A stretch of DNA of 64,000 nucleotides from an uncultured Spirochaetales bacterium (lineage in GTDB: Bacteria; Spirochaetota; Spirochaetia; CAYRYS01): positions 15,653-79,652 of the forward strand of contig CAYRYS010000001.1 in assembly GCA_964428555.1 (NCBI GenBank). The letters are read 5' to 3'. Below are positions 9,401 through 20,104 of the stretch, in pieces. The notes under the pieces were generated by a model, which searched no databases, had not been told where the DNA came from, and worked only from the letters and a program-made list of their open reading frames with translations. The stretch's first letter is position 1; every line of letters starts with the position of its first letter. The position numbers and the translations under genes were made by a program.

Positions 9401-10822
9401 GTGGTAAATAAAATTGTAGTCGGGACAGAGGAATGGTGTTCCCTGCCTGAAATGGGTATTCCTGCTATAAAGGCACGGATTGACTCAGGAGCTAAGACAT
9501 CATCAATCCACGCGGTAAATATACAAGCCTTTGAGCGAAATGGAGCGGAATGGGTAAGCTTTGAGGTACATCCATTGCAAAATAACAGAAAGACAGTGAT
9601 CCGCCATGAAGCCAAAGTCATTGACGTACGTGAGGTAAAAAACACAAGCGGAATTCCGGAAAAGCGGTACGTGATCCGGGAATTAATGAAGCTCGGTGAG
9701 GACTCCTGGGAAATAGAACTTACCCTGGCGAATAGAGACGCAATGGGCTTTAGAATGCTCCTTGGCAGGGAAGCCATGATTGAAAAGGTCCTTATTGATC
9801 CTTCAGGCAAAATGAACCTTACAGGGTATAATCCTACGCAGATACACCACATGTATGAACGGTATCAGGAGAATGAAAACGGTCTTCAAATAGGGCTATT
9901 AGCAAGCGACCCGGACCTTTACAGCAATAAACGGCTGATAGAAGCAGGAGAGGAACGGGGACACAAGGTCACATTCTTTAATATACGCCAGTGCTATATG
10001 AAGCTGGATCCCAAAAAACCTGAAGTACATTATAGGGGCGGTAATGTTCTATCCGAGCTTGACGCTGTAATCCCCAGAATTCGTCCGAGCATGACTTTTT
10101 ACGGATGCGCGGTTGTCCGTCAGTTTGAGTCAATGGGAGTTGCAACTTTAAATCGGGCTTCTGCAATTACTCAGTCCAGGGACAAGCTCTATGCTTCTCA
10201 GATGTTTGTAAAAGAGGGACTGCCAATGCCGTTAACCGGTTTTGCACATTCTCCACAGGACACAAATGACCTCATAGATGTAGTCGGCGGTGCACCGCTT
10301 ATAATTAAGCTGCTTGAAGGCACACAAGGTAAAGGCGTAGTTCTTGCTGAAACAAAAAAGGCATCACAGAGCGTAATAAATGCATTTAAAAGCCTGAACG
10401 CGAACCTGCTTGTTCAGGATTTCATAAAAGAGGCTGGGGGAAGTGATATCCGGTGTTTTGTAATTGGCGGAAAAGTGATTGCAGCTATTATGCGCCAGGC
10501 TGCTCCAGGGGAATACAGGGCAAACATTCACCAAGGCGGAAAGGCAAAGTATATTAAAATTACCGCTGAGGAGCGGAAGCTTGCAGTAAAGGCTACTAAG
10601 GTACTGGGCTTGGACGTAGCTGGTGTTGATATTATCCGTTCAGATGACGGGCCCATGCTCCTTGAGGTAAACTCCAGTCCCGGCTTAGAAGGAATTGAGA
10701 ATGCCACAGGGAAGGACATAGCAGGTATGATGATTATTGAACTTGAGAAGCGCCTTAACTGGAAACGCGTTCTAGCTGCAGAAGAGGAAACCTATAATTC
10801 TGTAGTTGAGAGTGCTGACTAA
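9401..10822 (+). CDS. rimK: Fusion of a RimB-like (DUF785, retropepsin-like 'ATP-dependent Zn protease' family) domain to a RimK-family ATP-grasp alpha-L-glutamate ligase
   Basis: The N-terminal ~140 aa ([31 protein letters not shown]) matches the RimK-associated protease-like family. The C-terminal ~300 aa is RimK ATP-grasp (…ANIHQGGKA…[31 protein letters not shown]). Confidence 0.8.
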   Translation: MVNKIVVGTEEWCSLPEMGIPAIKARIDSGAKTSSIHAVNIQAFERNGAEWVSFEVHPLQNNRKTVIRHEAKVIDVREVKNTSGIPEKRYVIRELMKLGEDSWEIELTLANRDAMGFRMLLGREAMIEKVLIDPSGKMNLTGYNPTQIHHMYERYQENENGLQIGLLASDPDLYSNKRLIEAGEERGHKVTFFNIRQCYMKLDPKKPEVHYRGGNVLSELDAVIPRIRPSMTFYGCAVVRQFESMGVATLNRASAITQSRDKLYASQMFVKEGLPMPLTGFAHSPQDTNDLIDVVGGAPLIIKLLEGTQGKGVVLAETKKASQSVINAFKSLNANLLVQDFIKEAGGSDIRCFVIGGKVIAAIMRQAAPGEYRANIHQGGKAKYIKITAEERKLAVKATKVLGLDVAGVDIIRSDDGPMLLEVNSSPGLEGIENATGKDIAGMMIIELEKRLNWKRVLAAEEETYNSVVESAD

Positions 10823-10904
10823 AAAAGCTTCCTTGTTTTTCCTATAAAGTAATGTATACTTTTATTATAATAAATGAATGCAGATCCGCTATTTAGGAGC
10901 AAAG

Positions 10905-11300
10905 ATGAAAATATTGCAGGATGTTGTGAAGAAAATGCAGATTAAAGACCATGGACGCTATCTTGTGCTTGGGCTGCCTGAAGAGCTTGCAGGCTTAACA
11001 GATGCCCTTCCAGGCACAGTGAAAACTGAGCCTAATGGGGAGAGTGACTGTATTATCGTGTTTGCAAAAGACCCGGACACAGCAAAGCAGAGAGTGGATG
11101 ATTCTATTCCCACTCTAAAACAAGACGGATTGTTTTGGTTCTGTTATCCTAAAAAGTCTTCCAGGAAATATTCCTGCGAAATAAACAGGGACAATACCCA
11201 TGAATATTTTGACCCCCATGGCTTTAAGGCGGTACGCCAGATCTCTTTGAACGAAGATTGGTCAGCCCTTCGTTTTCGAGATAAGGAGCTGGTCAAATAA
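10905..11300 (+). CDS. Hypothetical protein
   Basis: ORF with AGGAG SD 5 nt upstream of ATG 10905. The stop overlaps the next start (TAATG). No family recognised. Confidence 0.4.
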   Translation: MKILQDVVKKMQIKDHGRYLVLGLPEELAGLTDALPGTVKTEPNGESDCIIVFAKDPDTAKQRVDDSIPTLKQDGLFWFCYPKKSSRKYSCEINRDNTHEYFDPHGFKAVRQISLNEDWSALRFRDKELVK

Positions 11301-11923
11301 TGCTGACTCTGGAGGTACGCTGGTTTTTTCAGTACAAACCCTTTGAATATCCGGAGTTTTTCTCATCTTCTGTTCCGGTAAATAGAAGAATAGACTGGTA
11401 CCTCCCTGTTAATACTGATAAATGCGGAACGAAAATTCGTGGCTCTAAAGATGGGGGGGGCCAAAGTTTTGATACAAAGATGAGGAGAACAGATTTTGGG
11501 ATTCTGTCGCTTGGTAAATGTGAAGGCAGGGTTGAGGAATGGGAAAAATGGACAGCAGAATTTACCAATGCTTCCGGACCTCCGAAAAGCATTCTCGAAA
11601 CAACAGGGTGGCATCAAATTGAAAAATACCGACGCCTTAGAGTTTTTAGGTTCGGAGATACAGGCATAGAAGAAGTAACCGGAGATACCGAGAATATACC
11701 TGAATCTGGATGCCATTTTGAGATGACAGAACTACATACTCAAGGAAATGCCTGGTGGACTCTTGGGTTTGAAGCCTATAGTCCTACTAAAAACCTTCTG
11801 GAAATCCTTGAATGTACAATAAAAAAAGTACTGAATGAAGATATAAATACCGGAGTTTTTACAGGAGAAAAATCCTTTGCATATCCTGCCTGGCTGCTCA
11901 GCAATTCAAACTTTGAGCCTTGA
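11300..11923 (+). CDS. Hypothetical protein (weak resemblance to a CYTH-like N-terminal beta-strand, unverified)
   Basis: 207 aa, translationally coupled to the upstream ORF. The N-terminal LEVRWFF...RRIDWYL alternation is reminiscent of triphosphate-tunnel folds, but the ExExK motif is incomplete. Confidence 0.35.
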   Translation: MLTLEVRWFFQYKPFEYPEFFSSSVPVNRRIDWYLPVNTDKCGTKIRGSKDGGGQSFDTKMRRTDFGILSLGKCEGRVEEWEKWTAEFTNASGPPKSILETTGWHQIEKYRRLRVFRFGDTGIEEVTGDTENIPESGCHFEMTELHTQGNAWWTLGFEAYSPTKNLLEILECTIKKVLNEDINTGVFTGEKSFAYPAWLLSNSNFEP

Positions 11924-12084
11924 GGAGTAGCAATAACTATTACAGAACTCATGTCATGGGTCAAAGTTTGCAAATGTTGAAACGATGAACTTCATATTTC
12001 GAATTGCTGCTGGCTGTTGTATGTGTTTGACTATTATCGGTGAAAATTGTATTCTGGACGGAACAATCGTAACTGGAGTATTCT

Positions 12085-12903
12085 ATGTCTGTAAAAATCG
12101 GGACTTGTTCCTGGAATTATTCCTCCTGGGTCGGGCTTGTTTACGATCAGACTGAGAATCGTTCTGCTGACTATCTGCCTCAATATGCGAAGAAGTATAA
12201 TACTACCGAGATTGATTCCTGGTTTTATAAGATACCAACTGAGCAAGAGGTTCTTGAGTATAAGGAGAATGTGCCCGAGAATTTTGAGTTTACATGTAAA
12301 GCGCCGAGGGATATAACAATGCCCTTGCTGCGTAACAATGAAAAGTCAGTGAACCGAGATTTCTTATCATCCAAAAAAATGGATGCCTTTCTAAATGCTG
12401 TAGAACCGCTGCTTCCTCAAATATCAGTGGTAATGCTTGAGTTTGAATACTTAAACAAGAACAAAATGTCCTCAGTATCCAGGTTTGTTGAGCTGCTTGA
12501 AGGATTTGTAGATAAAATACCAGATTCAGTACCTCTTGGTATTGAAATACGCAATAGTAATTACTTACGGTCTGAGTATTTCCGCTTTCTGAAGAATAAA
12601 AATATTATTCCGGTTCTCTCTGAAAAGCAGTATATGCCTCCTTTACCTGAAATTTATAAGAGGTTTGAACAGTATATGGGAGACAAGCTGGTCTTCAGGC
12701 TTATGGGGGGTGACAGAACAGAGATTGAAGAGCAGACAGAGAATAGGTGGAATAAAATTGTGCAACCCAAAGACTCCCTTTCGGATATAGCGGAACTAAT
12801 CAAAAAAATACACGAACAAAAAGATGTATTTGTAAATATTAATAATCATTACGAGGGGTCTGCTCCTCTTACTATTGAAAAACTTCAGAAGCAATTGAAC
12901 TGA
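12085..12903 (+). CDS. DUF72 (UPF0759) family protein
   Basis: N-terminal IGTCSWNYSSWVGLVYD and the downstream YAKKYNTTEIDSWFY / NFEFTCKAP blocks are typical of DUF72. Confidence 0.75.
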   Translation: MSVKIGTCSWNYSSWVGLVYDQTENRSADYLPQYAKKYNTTEIDSWFYKIPTEQEVLEYKENVPENFEFTCKAPRDITMPLLRNNEKSVNRDFLSSKKMDAFLNAVEPLLPQISVVMLEFEYLNKNKMSSVSRFVELLEGFVDKIPDSVPLGIEIRNSNYLRSEYFRFLKNKNIIPVLSEKQYMPPLPEIYKRFEQYMGDKLVFRLMGGDRTEIEEQTENRWNKIVQPKDSLSDIAELIKKIHEQKDVFVNINNHYEGSAPLTIEKLQKQLN

Positions 12904-12930
12904 TCCTTATTTTTTTGATACAGTCTCATT

Positions 12931-13677
12931 ATGATTACAGAAGCAGCTTTAACAATTGTAGAATATCTAATTCGAATTTCCCCGGGTCTGATACTGGCAG
13001 CAATGGTTTTTCTAATAGTGAAGCCGGGAAAAATTGCACGTGTTGGTACATATATCTTCCTTTTCATTCTTTTCCGGGACGCCTTGACCCCTCTTGGGCT
13101 TTGGTCATTCGGAAGCCAAGGGTTCTTTTGGATACGCCTTCACAGTAATCCTGTATTTCTTGTGCTCTTTGGTGTGTTCTCCGCAGTTCTCATGGGTTCT
13201 ATCATCTATTTAGATAGAGAGAATAAAAAATATATCGTTTTATTCAGAAACAGTAAGCTTGTCGGTATTCTTACCGGAATAGCAGGTGCTGCTGTTGTTG
13301 TGCTGCCTCTTGGTATTGTGTACCGCTTTGTTGATATTGCATCCAGGGGTGGGAGTGTGCCTTTTTCCTTAGTCCTCCCAATCCTCGTATTTGCGCTGTT
13401 GGGCAATTTTCTTGAAGAAGGTTTGTTCCGGGGATACGTATACGGTCTTCTTGCGGAAAGACAAAAGCCGATAATTGCAGGTATTTCCTCCGGTATTGTG
13501 TTTGCTTTTTGCCATATACTCCTTGCTGTTACTGTAACAGATATTGGATATCCGTTACTCGCTTTCGCTTTGTACGAAGGAATTATTGCTGGAATTGTGG
13601 GCTCAAAATATGGTATTATTCCGGCTACGCTTACACACGGAGGGGCAATTTTTCTGCTTTCATCTGGGTTGCTATAA
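12931..13677 (+). CDS. CPBP-family (CAAX-protease-like) intramembrane metalloprotease
   Basis: Multi-TM protein with EEGLFRGY (the EExxxR motif) and FAFCHI (the FxxxH motif). Confidence 0.7.
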   Translation: MITEAALTIVEYLIRISPGLILAAMVFLIVKPGKIARVGTYIFLFILFRDALTPLGLWSFGSQGFFWIRLHSNPVFLVLFGVFSAVLMGSIIYLDRENKKYIVLFRNSKLVGILTGIAGAAVVVLPLGIVYRFVDIASRGGSVPFSLVLPILVFALLGNFLEEGLFRGYVYGLLAERQKPIIAGISSGIVFAFCHILLAVTVTDIGYPLLAFALYEGIIAGIVGSKYGIIPATLTHGGAIFLLSSGLL

Positions 13678-13688
13678 GGAGAGGATAA

Positions 13689-14495
13689 ATGGAACTATCA
13701 AATGTACTTTTCGCGCTTGGTTTAACACTCTTTGCAGGTCTTTCCACAGGAATTGGGAGCGCCCTTGCTTTTTTCTCTAAAGACTTTAACCCGAAATTCC
13801 TATCAGCTGCCCTCGGCTTTTCCGCTGGTGTTATGATCTATGTCTCGTTTATAGAAATATTCGCCAAGGCAAAGGATTCTCTATCAGCTGTAATAGGGGA
13901 TACAGGGGGATACTGGGTTACAACAGCCGCATTTTTTGCCGGGATACTGATAATCGGTATTATTGATAAATTTGTTCCCTCTTTTGAGAATCCCCATGAA
14001 ATCCGGGATATATCGGAAATGGAAAAATCAGACATGAAGGAAGGAAAACTCATGAGAATGGGGGTTTTCTCAGCATTGGCAATCGCTATTCATAACTTCC
14101 CGGAGGGACTTGCGACCTTTATGGGAGCAATTGAAGACCCTGCTCTTGGTGTGAGTATTGCCGTGGCAATCGCGATCCATAACATTCCAGAGGGAATTGC
14201 TGTATCAGTGCCTATCTATTTTGCAACAGGGAATAAGAAGAAAGCATTCGGTCTTTCTTTCCTCTCCGGATTATCAGAACCAGTTGGCGCGATACTTGGA
14301 TACTTTATATTGCTTAACTTCTTTAATGATCTGGTTTTCGGCATAATCTTTGCCGCAGTTGCGGGAATTATGGTGTATATTTCCTTAGATGAACTGCTTC
14401 CTACTGCTGAAGAGCATGGAGAACACCATATTGCGATATACGGGCTTATCTCCGGAATGGTTGTCATGGCTTTCAGTTTGTTAATGTTTGCTTAA
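13689..14495 (+). CDS. zupT: ZIP-family zinc transporter
   Basis: HNFPEGLA and HNIPEGIAV signature motifs. Eight-TM topology. 268 aa. Confidence 0.85.
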   Translation: MELSNVLFALGLTLFAGLSTGIGSALAFFSKDFNPKFLSAALGFSAGVMIYVSFIEIFAKAKDSLSAVIGDTGGYWVTTAAFFAGILIIGIIDKFVPSFENPHEIRDISEMEKSDMKEGKLMRMGVFSALAIAIHNFPEGLATFMGAIEDPALGVSIAVAIAIHNIPEGIAVSVPIYFATGNKKKAFGLSFLSGLSEPVGAILGYFILLNFFNDLVFGIIFAAVAGIMVYISLDELLPTAEEHGEHHIAIYGLISGMVVMAFSLLMFA

Positions 14496-14501
14496 GGGGG
14501 A

Positions 14502-14969
14502 ATGTATATGGAAATATCTATCAAAAATGCAACAAAGTCAGATCTAAAAAAAATACTTTCTATTCAGCATTCTGCTTTTAAAGATGTTGCAAAATTCTAT
14601 AAAGTGAGAGAACAGGACCTTCCCCCTCTCTGTGAAACGCTACAAGACCTGGATAGCCAATTTCAGGATCATATAATTCTGAAAGCACTAGCAGATGACA
14701 GAATTATCGGCACTGTACGAGGCAAGATGAAACAGGACGGCTTCTGGATTGAACGTTTAGCTGTTCATCCTGAATATCAAAACTCGGGTATTGGTAAGTC
14801 GCTTATGCTGCATATTGAGAACCAGGCACAGACTACAACATTCAAGCTTTTTACTGGATCAAAAGACCCTAAGACAATCCACCTCTATGAATCCCTAGGG
14901 TATAAGACCTATGAATCTAGAAAGGAAAGCGAAAAAATCACACTTATTTTTATGAAAAAGCACATCTAA
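14502..14969 (+). CDS. GNAT-family N-acetyltransferase
   Basis: 155 aa. Motif A QNSGIGKSLM. Confidence 0.7.
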   Translation: MYMEISIKNATKSDLKKILSIQHSAFKDVAKFYKVREQDLPPLCETLQDLDSQFQDHIILKALADDRIIGTVRGKMKQDGFWIERLAVHPEYQNSGIGKSLMLHIENQAQTTTFKLFTGSKDPKTIHLYESLGYKTYESRKESEKITLIFMKKHI

Positions 14970-15125
14970 GCAAATATTCACTGTTCCTGGTATCATCCGG
15001 GTCATGGAACTGTTTTTGATAATCAGGTATTTCGAAAAAACCTTGAGAAATATACATAAGAGTTTTATAGTAATGTGCATGAACGAAGCGGTTGTTAATG
15101 TGAAGTTAATCTAAGGAGAAACGCT

Positions 15126-16070
15126 ATGCCTGGAAAGCGCCTGATCTACGGCTGTATGGGCCTTGGAACCAACAGCGACACGGGAACTGTTTCAAAGGGT
15201 GAGGCAGTCCACGCTGAAAAAGCAATATTAGCAGCGTATGCAAATGGGATTACAGTATTCGACCTTGCTGACATCTATGCAGGAGGTACTGCGGAGCTGG
15301 CCTTCGGGGAAGTGCTAAAGCGGAACCCGGGACTGCGTGAGAACATTATTATCCAATCAAAAACAGGGATCTGTCTCGGCGCAGGGGCAGGCGGGTCAAA
15401 TACATACAATCTTTCAAAGGACTATATTATATCTCGAACAGAGGCAATCCTTAAGAGAATTGGAATAGAATACCTGGATGTTCTCTTGCTCCACAGGCCT
15501 GACCCTCTCATGAACCCGGAACACATAGCAAAAGCCTTTGCTGACCTGAAAAGCAGAGACCTGGTACGCGCCTTTGGGGTGAGCAATATGTCAGTCTCCC
15601 AGATAGAATACATAGAAAAGTCCCGGTTCCTTCCCATACAAGTGAATCAGCTGCAGTTCAGTCTTGGCCACCGCCTGCTTCTGGACTTTGGGCCAGATGT
15701 AAATACACGAAGATCTAGTTTTTTTCCGGGCACAGAGGGTCTGTTAGAACATGCCGCAATGCGCAATATGGAGATCCAGTGCTGGGGAGCAATGGACTCT
15801 GGGAAGTTCACAGGCAGAGATATACCGGAAATGAGTGAAGCTGAAAAGCACACTGCTGAACTTGTGGCAAAGCTTGCAGAAAAGTATCAGTGTCCAAAAG
15901 AGGCTATCGTGCTTGCTTGGATCCTTCGGCTGCCGTATCCCCTTTCTCCGGTAATCGGTACAACCGATCCTGACAGAATATCTAAATGTAAGGTGGCTTT
16001 GGATATAGAGCTTTCAAGAGAAGACTGGTATGACTTGTGGATAACAGCAAGGGGAAAAGGACTGCCGTAA
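15126..16070 (+). CDS. Aldo/keto reductase
   Basis: 314 aa. AKR N-terminal glycine-rich segment, the LDLADIYAGG region, and LLHRPD. Confidence 0.8.
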   Translation: MPGKRLIYGCMGLGTNSDTGTVSKGEAVHAEKAILAAYANGITVFDLADIYAGGTAELAFGEVLKRNPGLRENIIIQSKTGICLGAGAGGSNTYNLSKDYIISRTEAILKRIGIEYLDVLLLHRPDPLMNPEHIAKAFADLKSRDLVRAFGVSNMSVSQIEYIEKSRFLPIQVNQLQFSLGHRLLLDFGPDVNTRRSSFFPGTEGLLEHAAMRNMEIQCWGAMDSGKFTGRDIPEMSEAEKHTAELVAKLAEKYQCPKEAIVLAWILRLPYPLSPVIGTTDPDRISKCKVALDIELSREDWYDLWITARGKGLP

Positions 16071-16082
16071 AAGGAGCCTAAA

Positions 16083-16688
16083 ATGCGCGACTGGAAACAC
16101 CATTGTTTATTAGTTATAGATATTCAAACCGACTTTGTTGATGATATACCGGAAAAAAAACAGTTCAGACAAAATATTGAGAACCTGCTTTCTCTGGCAA
16201 GGGAGGCAGGAATTGAAATTATGCATCTTCGCTCGGAGTTTTTGCCGGATAAGTCCGATTGGATGCCCTTTGCCGGGCTAAGGAATTTCAGTCCATGTGT
16301 TATAAATACAGAAGGTGGTTCTGTGCCGCACTGGGCCCAGGCAGCAGGAACTGAAGAAATAATAATAAAAAAGACTTTTGACGGGTTTATCCATACAAAA
16401 CTTGAAGAAATGCTTAAAAGGAAAGACGTAAGCCATGTACTTATAGCAGGCCTTGTAACAAGCATTTGCGTGAACCTGACTGCCTTATCTGCTATGCAGC
16501 GAGGCTTTCTTACAACAGTAATTACAGACAGTATTGCAGATAACAATCCGGCCAATGGGGACTACATTTTGCATACATTATACGGCGCCTTTGCCTATAA
16601 TACAGTAGTATCGAATAAAATTATAGATTCATATGAGAAGTGGATCTCTCAAATGAACACTATCAGGCTGCTTAGGAGGAACGATTGA
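16083..16688 (+). CDS. Isochorismatase-family cysteine hydrolase
   Basis: LLVIDIQTDF N-terminal motif, plus a catalytic-Cys context (AGLVTSICV). 12-nt gap from the AKR gene. Confidence 0.6.
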   Translation: MRDWKHHCLLVIDIQTDFVDDIPEKKQFRQNIENLLSLAREAGIEIMHLRSEFLPDKSDWMPFAGLRNFSPCVINTEGGSVPHWAQAAGTEEIIIKKTFDGFIHTKLEEMLKRKDVSHVLIAGLVTSICVNLTALSAMQRGFLTTVITDSIADNNPANGDYILHTLYGAFAYNTVVSNKIIDSYEKWISQMNTIRLLRRND

Positions 16689-16942
16689 AATGTAGAATCG
16701 GGTGCGGAGCCTGCTGTATTGCCTTATCAATATCTTCTCCAATTCTCGGAATGCCTGAAGGAAAACCAGCTGGTGTACGGTGTGTGAATTTAGGTGATGA
16801 CAATACCTGCACTATACACAACACCCCTGAATATCCTGAGGTATGCAGAAACCTGGTCCCTGAACCTGAAATGTGTGGAGAAACAAGGGAGCACGCTCTA
16901 AAATACCTTGCTGAACTTGAGAAGCTTACTGCCCCAGGATAG
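16685..16942 (+). CDS. YkgJ-family cysteine-cluster (Fe/Zn-chelating, CxxCxxCC) protein
   Basis: CRIGCGACC motif at the N-terminus. The start overlaps the upstream stop (ATGA). Confidence 0.6.
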   Translation: MKCRIGCGACCIALSISSPILGMPEGKPAGVRCVNLGDDNTCTIHNTPEYPEVCRNLVPEPEMCGETREHALKYLAELEKLTAPG

Positions 16943-17135
16943 GAGTATAATATGAAAACACCAAATAATCCAAGAAAATGAGTTATTTTTAGCAGACATC
17001 AGGTTCAGAAACTGACCACTTGAATGGCTGGACATCCGTAAACTTTATATAAATAATAAAGAAATTATTACATCCTCATTGAAAAACATATCCACTTTCA
17101 TATACTTCATTAATAGGACGATAAAGGAAAATACA

Positions 17136-18920
17136 ATGGCATATGAGAAAGCATCAGCTGGAACCGAAGAAAATGAAGTGTTTCAATACAGTCCGAATCC
17201 GCTTCTGCTTTTTGACTTCTCGAAGATCGGTAATATCCTGAGAAACAGAAAAGACACTCAGGATGATCCTGAGAAATATATTGATCCTGCTACGCTTATT
17301 AAAAACGGAAGCCTTGTGAAGGCGAACAAAGCAGCCTTAAAACTGTATGAAGCTGAAGATACTAATCAGCTTCAGCAAAATCTGGAGAACATAATCCCTG
17401 AAAAAGCATTTCAGACCTTATATAACGCGCTTAGAGCGTTAGATAATGGGAAAAGGGAATTTTCACAGAAGACAGTCAACCGCACTCTTTCGGGAAGCGA
17501 GTTTCCTATTATTTTAAAGTTTTCAGTTCTTCCAGGAAACGAGAGCAGCTTCCAGAATGTTCTTGTTGCAGCGAATGATATTTCACAAGCAGCTGCTTTG
17601 GAAGATGAAAATTCTCTGCTGAAACTTTTGCCTCAAACAAACCCTAATATTGTGTTGATTTTAGAGTGCAGCTATCAAATATCTTATCTGAATCCTGCCG
17701 GCTGGAAATGGCTGTCCAGGCATGGGTATTCTTCCTTAGATGGCATAAAAGAACTGTTACCAGGCAATTTTCAGGAAAAAACCTGTGCATACTGTATGCA
17801 GCGGTTTCCAACAAGATATACAGTCTCCCATAGCAATAGAGTATATAACTTTACCGTATCTCCACTGGCTGAGATGAAGAGATGCATGATAACAGTAACA
17901 GATGTCACTGACTTTACAAAAATCTCTGAGGAGCGGGAGCTCTTTTTTAAGGCTATCCGGAACGCAATTGATCCTATGGTGATAACTGATAAAAACGGAA
18001 TAATATTGCATGTAAATCCGCGGTTCGAAGAGCTTTACGGGTATTTTTCTGAAGAAGTAGTTGGAAAGCGTCCAAATGTTCTGAATCCTGGTAAACATGT
18101 GTATTTTAATCTAGGGTATAGTGAAGATGATTATAACCGCCTCTTTGCAGGGCTTTGGAAAGCAATAATGGATCCTTATAAAGCAACATGGACAGGGGAG
18201 ATACCAAATAGAAAAAAAGATGGTTCATTGGTATGGGTCGAGCTTATGGTAAATGCCATTTTTGATGACCAAGGTGAAATTACAAATTTCATAGGTATCC
18301 CCCATGATATTTCAAAGCGAAGGGAACAGGAATTAAATACAAGGCTTGAGATTTTCAAGACAATTACGGATTTGGCTGAAATGCGTGACAATGAAACAGG
18401 AAACCATATTGTCCGGGTTGGACTTTATGCAAGGAAAATAGCTGAGAAGATAGGGCTTCCCCAGAAGGTGTGTGATGATATTCAGCGGTTTGCTCCTCTT
18501 CACGATGTAGGAAAAGTGGGGATTAGCGACGGAATACTCCTAGCTCAACGGAAGCTGTCCCCGGATGAATGGAAGATTATGCAAACCCATACTGAACTCG
18601 GGTATGATCTATTAAAGGAAAAAAAGGTCATGTCTATGGCTGCTGATATTGCTGGTTTGCATCATGAAAAGTTCGATGGTTCGGGGTATCCCAAGGGATT
18701 ACAAGGAAAGGAAATACCTTTGAGCGCCAGAATTACCGCCATAGCAGATGTATATGATGCGCTGCGGTCTAAAAGGCCGTATAAGCAGCCTTGGAACCAC
18801 GAAGACGCGGTAAATGAGATTGTCTCTCTTTCAGGCAAGCATTTTGATCCTGAGCTGGTAAAAGCCTTTTTATCTTTAGAAGGGCAGGTTAGGGAAATAG
18901 CTGATTCCCTAAAGGATTAA
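17136..18920 (+). CDS. PAS-domain HD-GYP phosphodiesterase (c-di-GMP hydrolysis)
   Basis: A PAS-like region (ITDKNGIILHVNPRFEELYGY) precedes an HD-GYP domain (PLHDVGKVGI...HHEKFDGSGYP). AAGGAAA SD before ATG 17136. Confidence 0.75.
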   Translation: MAYEKASAGTEENEVFQYSPNPLLLFDFSKIGNILRNRKDTQDDPEKYIDPATLIKNGSLVKANKAALKLYEAEDTNQLQQNLENIIPEKAFQTLYNALRALDNGKREFSQKTVNRTLSGSEFPIILKFSVLPGNESSFQNVLVAANDISQAAALEDENSLLKLLPQTNPNIVLILECSYQISYLNPAGWKWLSRHGYSSLDGIKELLPGNFQEKTCAYCMQRFPTRYTVSHSNRVYNFTVSPLAEMKRCMITVTDVTDFTKISEERELFFKAIRNAIDPMVITDKNGIILHVNPRFEELYGYFSEEVVGKRPNVLNPGKHVYFNLGYSEDDYNRLFAGLWKAIMDPYKATWTGEIPNRKKDGSLVWVELMVNAIFDDQGEITNFIGIPHDISKRREQELNTRLEIFKTITDLAEMRDNETGNHIVRVGLYARKIAEKIGLPQKVCDDIQRFAPLHDVGKVGISDGILLAQRKLSPDEWKIMQTHTELGYDLLKEKKVMSMAADIAGLHHEKFDGSGYPKGLQGKEIPLSARITAIADVYDALRSKRPYKQPWNHEDAVNEIVSLSGKHFDPELVKAFLSLEGQVREIADSLKD

Positions 18921-18999
18921 TCCGGAAAAAATGAGTTTTCACCATGATTATTACATATTATAGTTGGAGCATATCCTAGCATAACTAGTGGAGCCGTAA

Positions 19000-19980
19000 A
19001 TGTTAAATTTTATTGAAATTGATCTGGCAATCTCTCTTATCATACAGCAGTTTACAGCCTTTACCGTACCTGTTATGCGCCTCTTTTCCGCTCTCGGCGG
19101 CTTGTCTGTCTATATTTTGCTCATTACCCTTATTACCTGGTGTGTGCATTATAAAGCAGGTATTTACCTTGGTATCCTTACCTCTATAGCAGGGGGGCTC
19201 AATAGTTCCTTAAAAAACATTGTAAGGCTTCCAAGACCCTATCATATAAGTGAAGAAATAATTGCATATAAAACCTACAGCGGCTTTGGAATGCCTTCTG
19301 GACATGCCCAAAATGCTGCAATGTTCTGGGGGCTTAGTTTTCAAAGAATAAAGAGTAACACCGCAAGAATAGTATTTGTGTTCCTCGCATTTGTAATAGG
19401 CCTTTCAAGGATAGTGCTTGGAGTCCATTCATTCGCCCAGGTAATTCTTGGTTGGGCAATTGGGGTGCTGCTGCTTTTCTCATTTTTAGCTATAGAAAAA
19501 AAGTTTGACGGAGAAAAATCAATTACCATTTTTTCAATCATTCTCCTTCCTGTGCTTGCTATTGTTTCTGTGGTTACTATGCTGGTCTATGGAGATTTTA
19601 CAGGAGCGGAAGCTCTGACAGCAATTACGGACTACGATATTTTAGCACCTCAATACGCACATGGTACTGAGGTAACCCTCACCCTTGGTGCTGCTGCAGG
19701 GTTTCTCATTGGATACCTTCTTCTAACAAAGAAATATATTGTTAAAGTACGTACAATTTGGTGGAAGCAGGCAATAAAGACTGCTGCAGCTTTAGCTGTA
19801 CTCCTTGCATACGATCTGCTTTCCGGGCTGTTAGAAAGAATTCCCAATTATTATCTGTATTCACTTTCTCTTCTTGGTGCAAGCTTTTTATTCGGTATTG
19901 CTATTACTTTTCTCGTACCGTTATTGTTCGGCAAGCTTGGACTTATGGACCTTAGTAAAAAAAAGGACTCAGCTATATAA
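19000..19980 (+). CDS. PAP2-family phosphatase with additional C-terminal membrane domain
   Basis: PAP2 motifs KNIVRLPRP, PSGH and SRIVLGVHS. Multi-TM. Confidence 0.7.
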   Translation: MLNFIEIDLAISLIIQQFTAFTVPVMRLFSALGGLSVYILLITLITWCVHYKAGIYLGILTSIAGGLNSSLKNIVRLPRPYHISEEIIAYKTYSGFGMPSGHAQNAAMFWGLSFQRIKSNTARIVFVFLAFVIGLSRIVLGVHSFAQVILGWAIGVLLLFSFLAIEKKFDGEKSITIFSIILLPVLAIVSVVTMLVYGDFTGAEALTAITDYDILAPQYAHGTEVTLTLGAAAGFLIGYLLLTKKYIVKVRTIWWKQAIKTAAALAVLLAYDLLSGLLERIPNYYLYSLSLLGASFLFGIAITFLVPLLFGKLGLMDLSKKKDSAI

Positions 19981-20104
19981 AATAGAGTTATTTTATCATA
20001 TACAACCGGTTTTCTGAGTTTCTTCCATAGCAAAAAGTTAGTGAAAGGTTTACCAATGTTGTCTTGGTTAATAAACCTGTTTGGAAGAAAATAGGATTCA
20101 TTAA

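Noticed and set aside
8441-10822. Interpretation as a RiPP/graspetide cluster (small Cys-rich precursor plus ATP-grasp ligase)
   Set aside because: The ligase has the canonical RimK C-terminus plus the RimK-specific RimB-like domain. The 78-aa protein also lacks a Thr/Ser-x-Asp/Glu-rich core typical of graspetide precursors.
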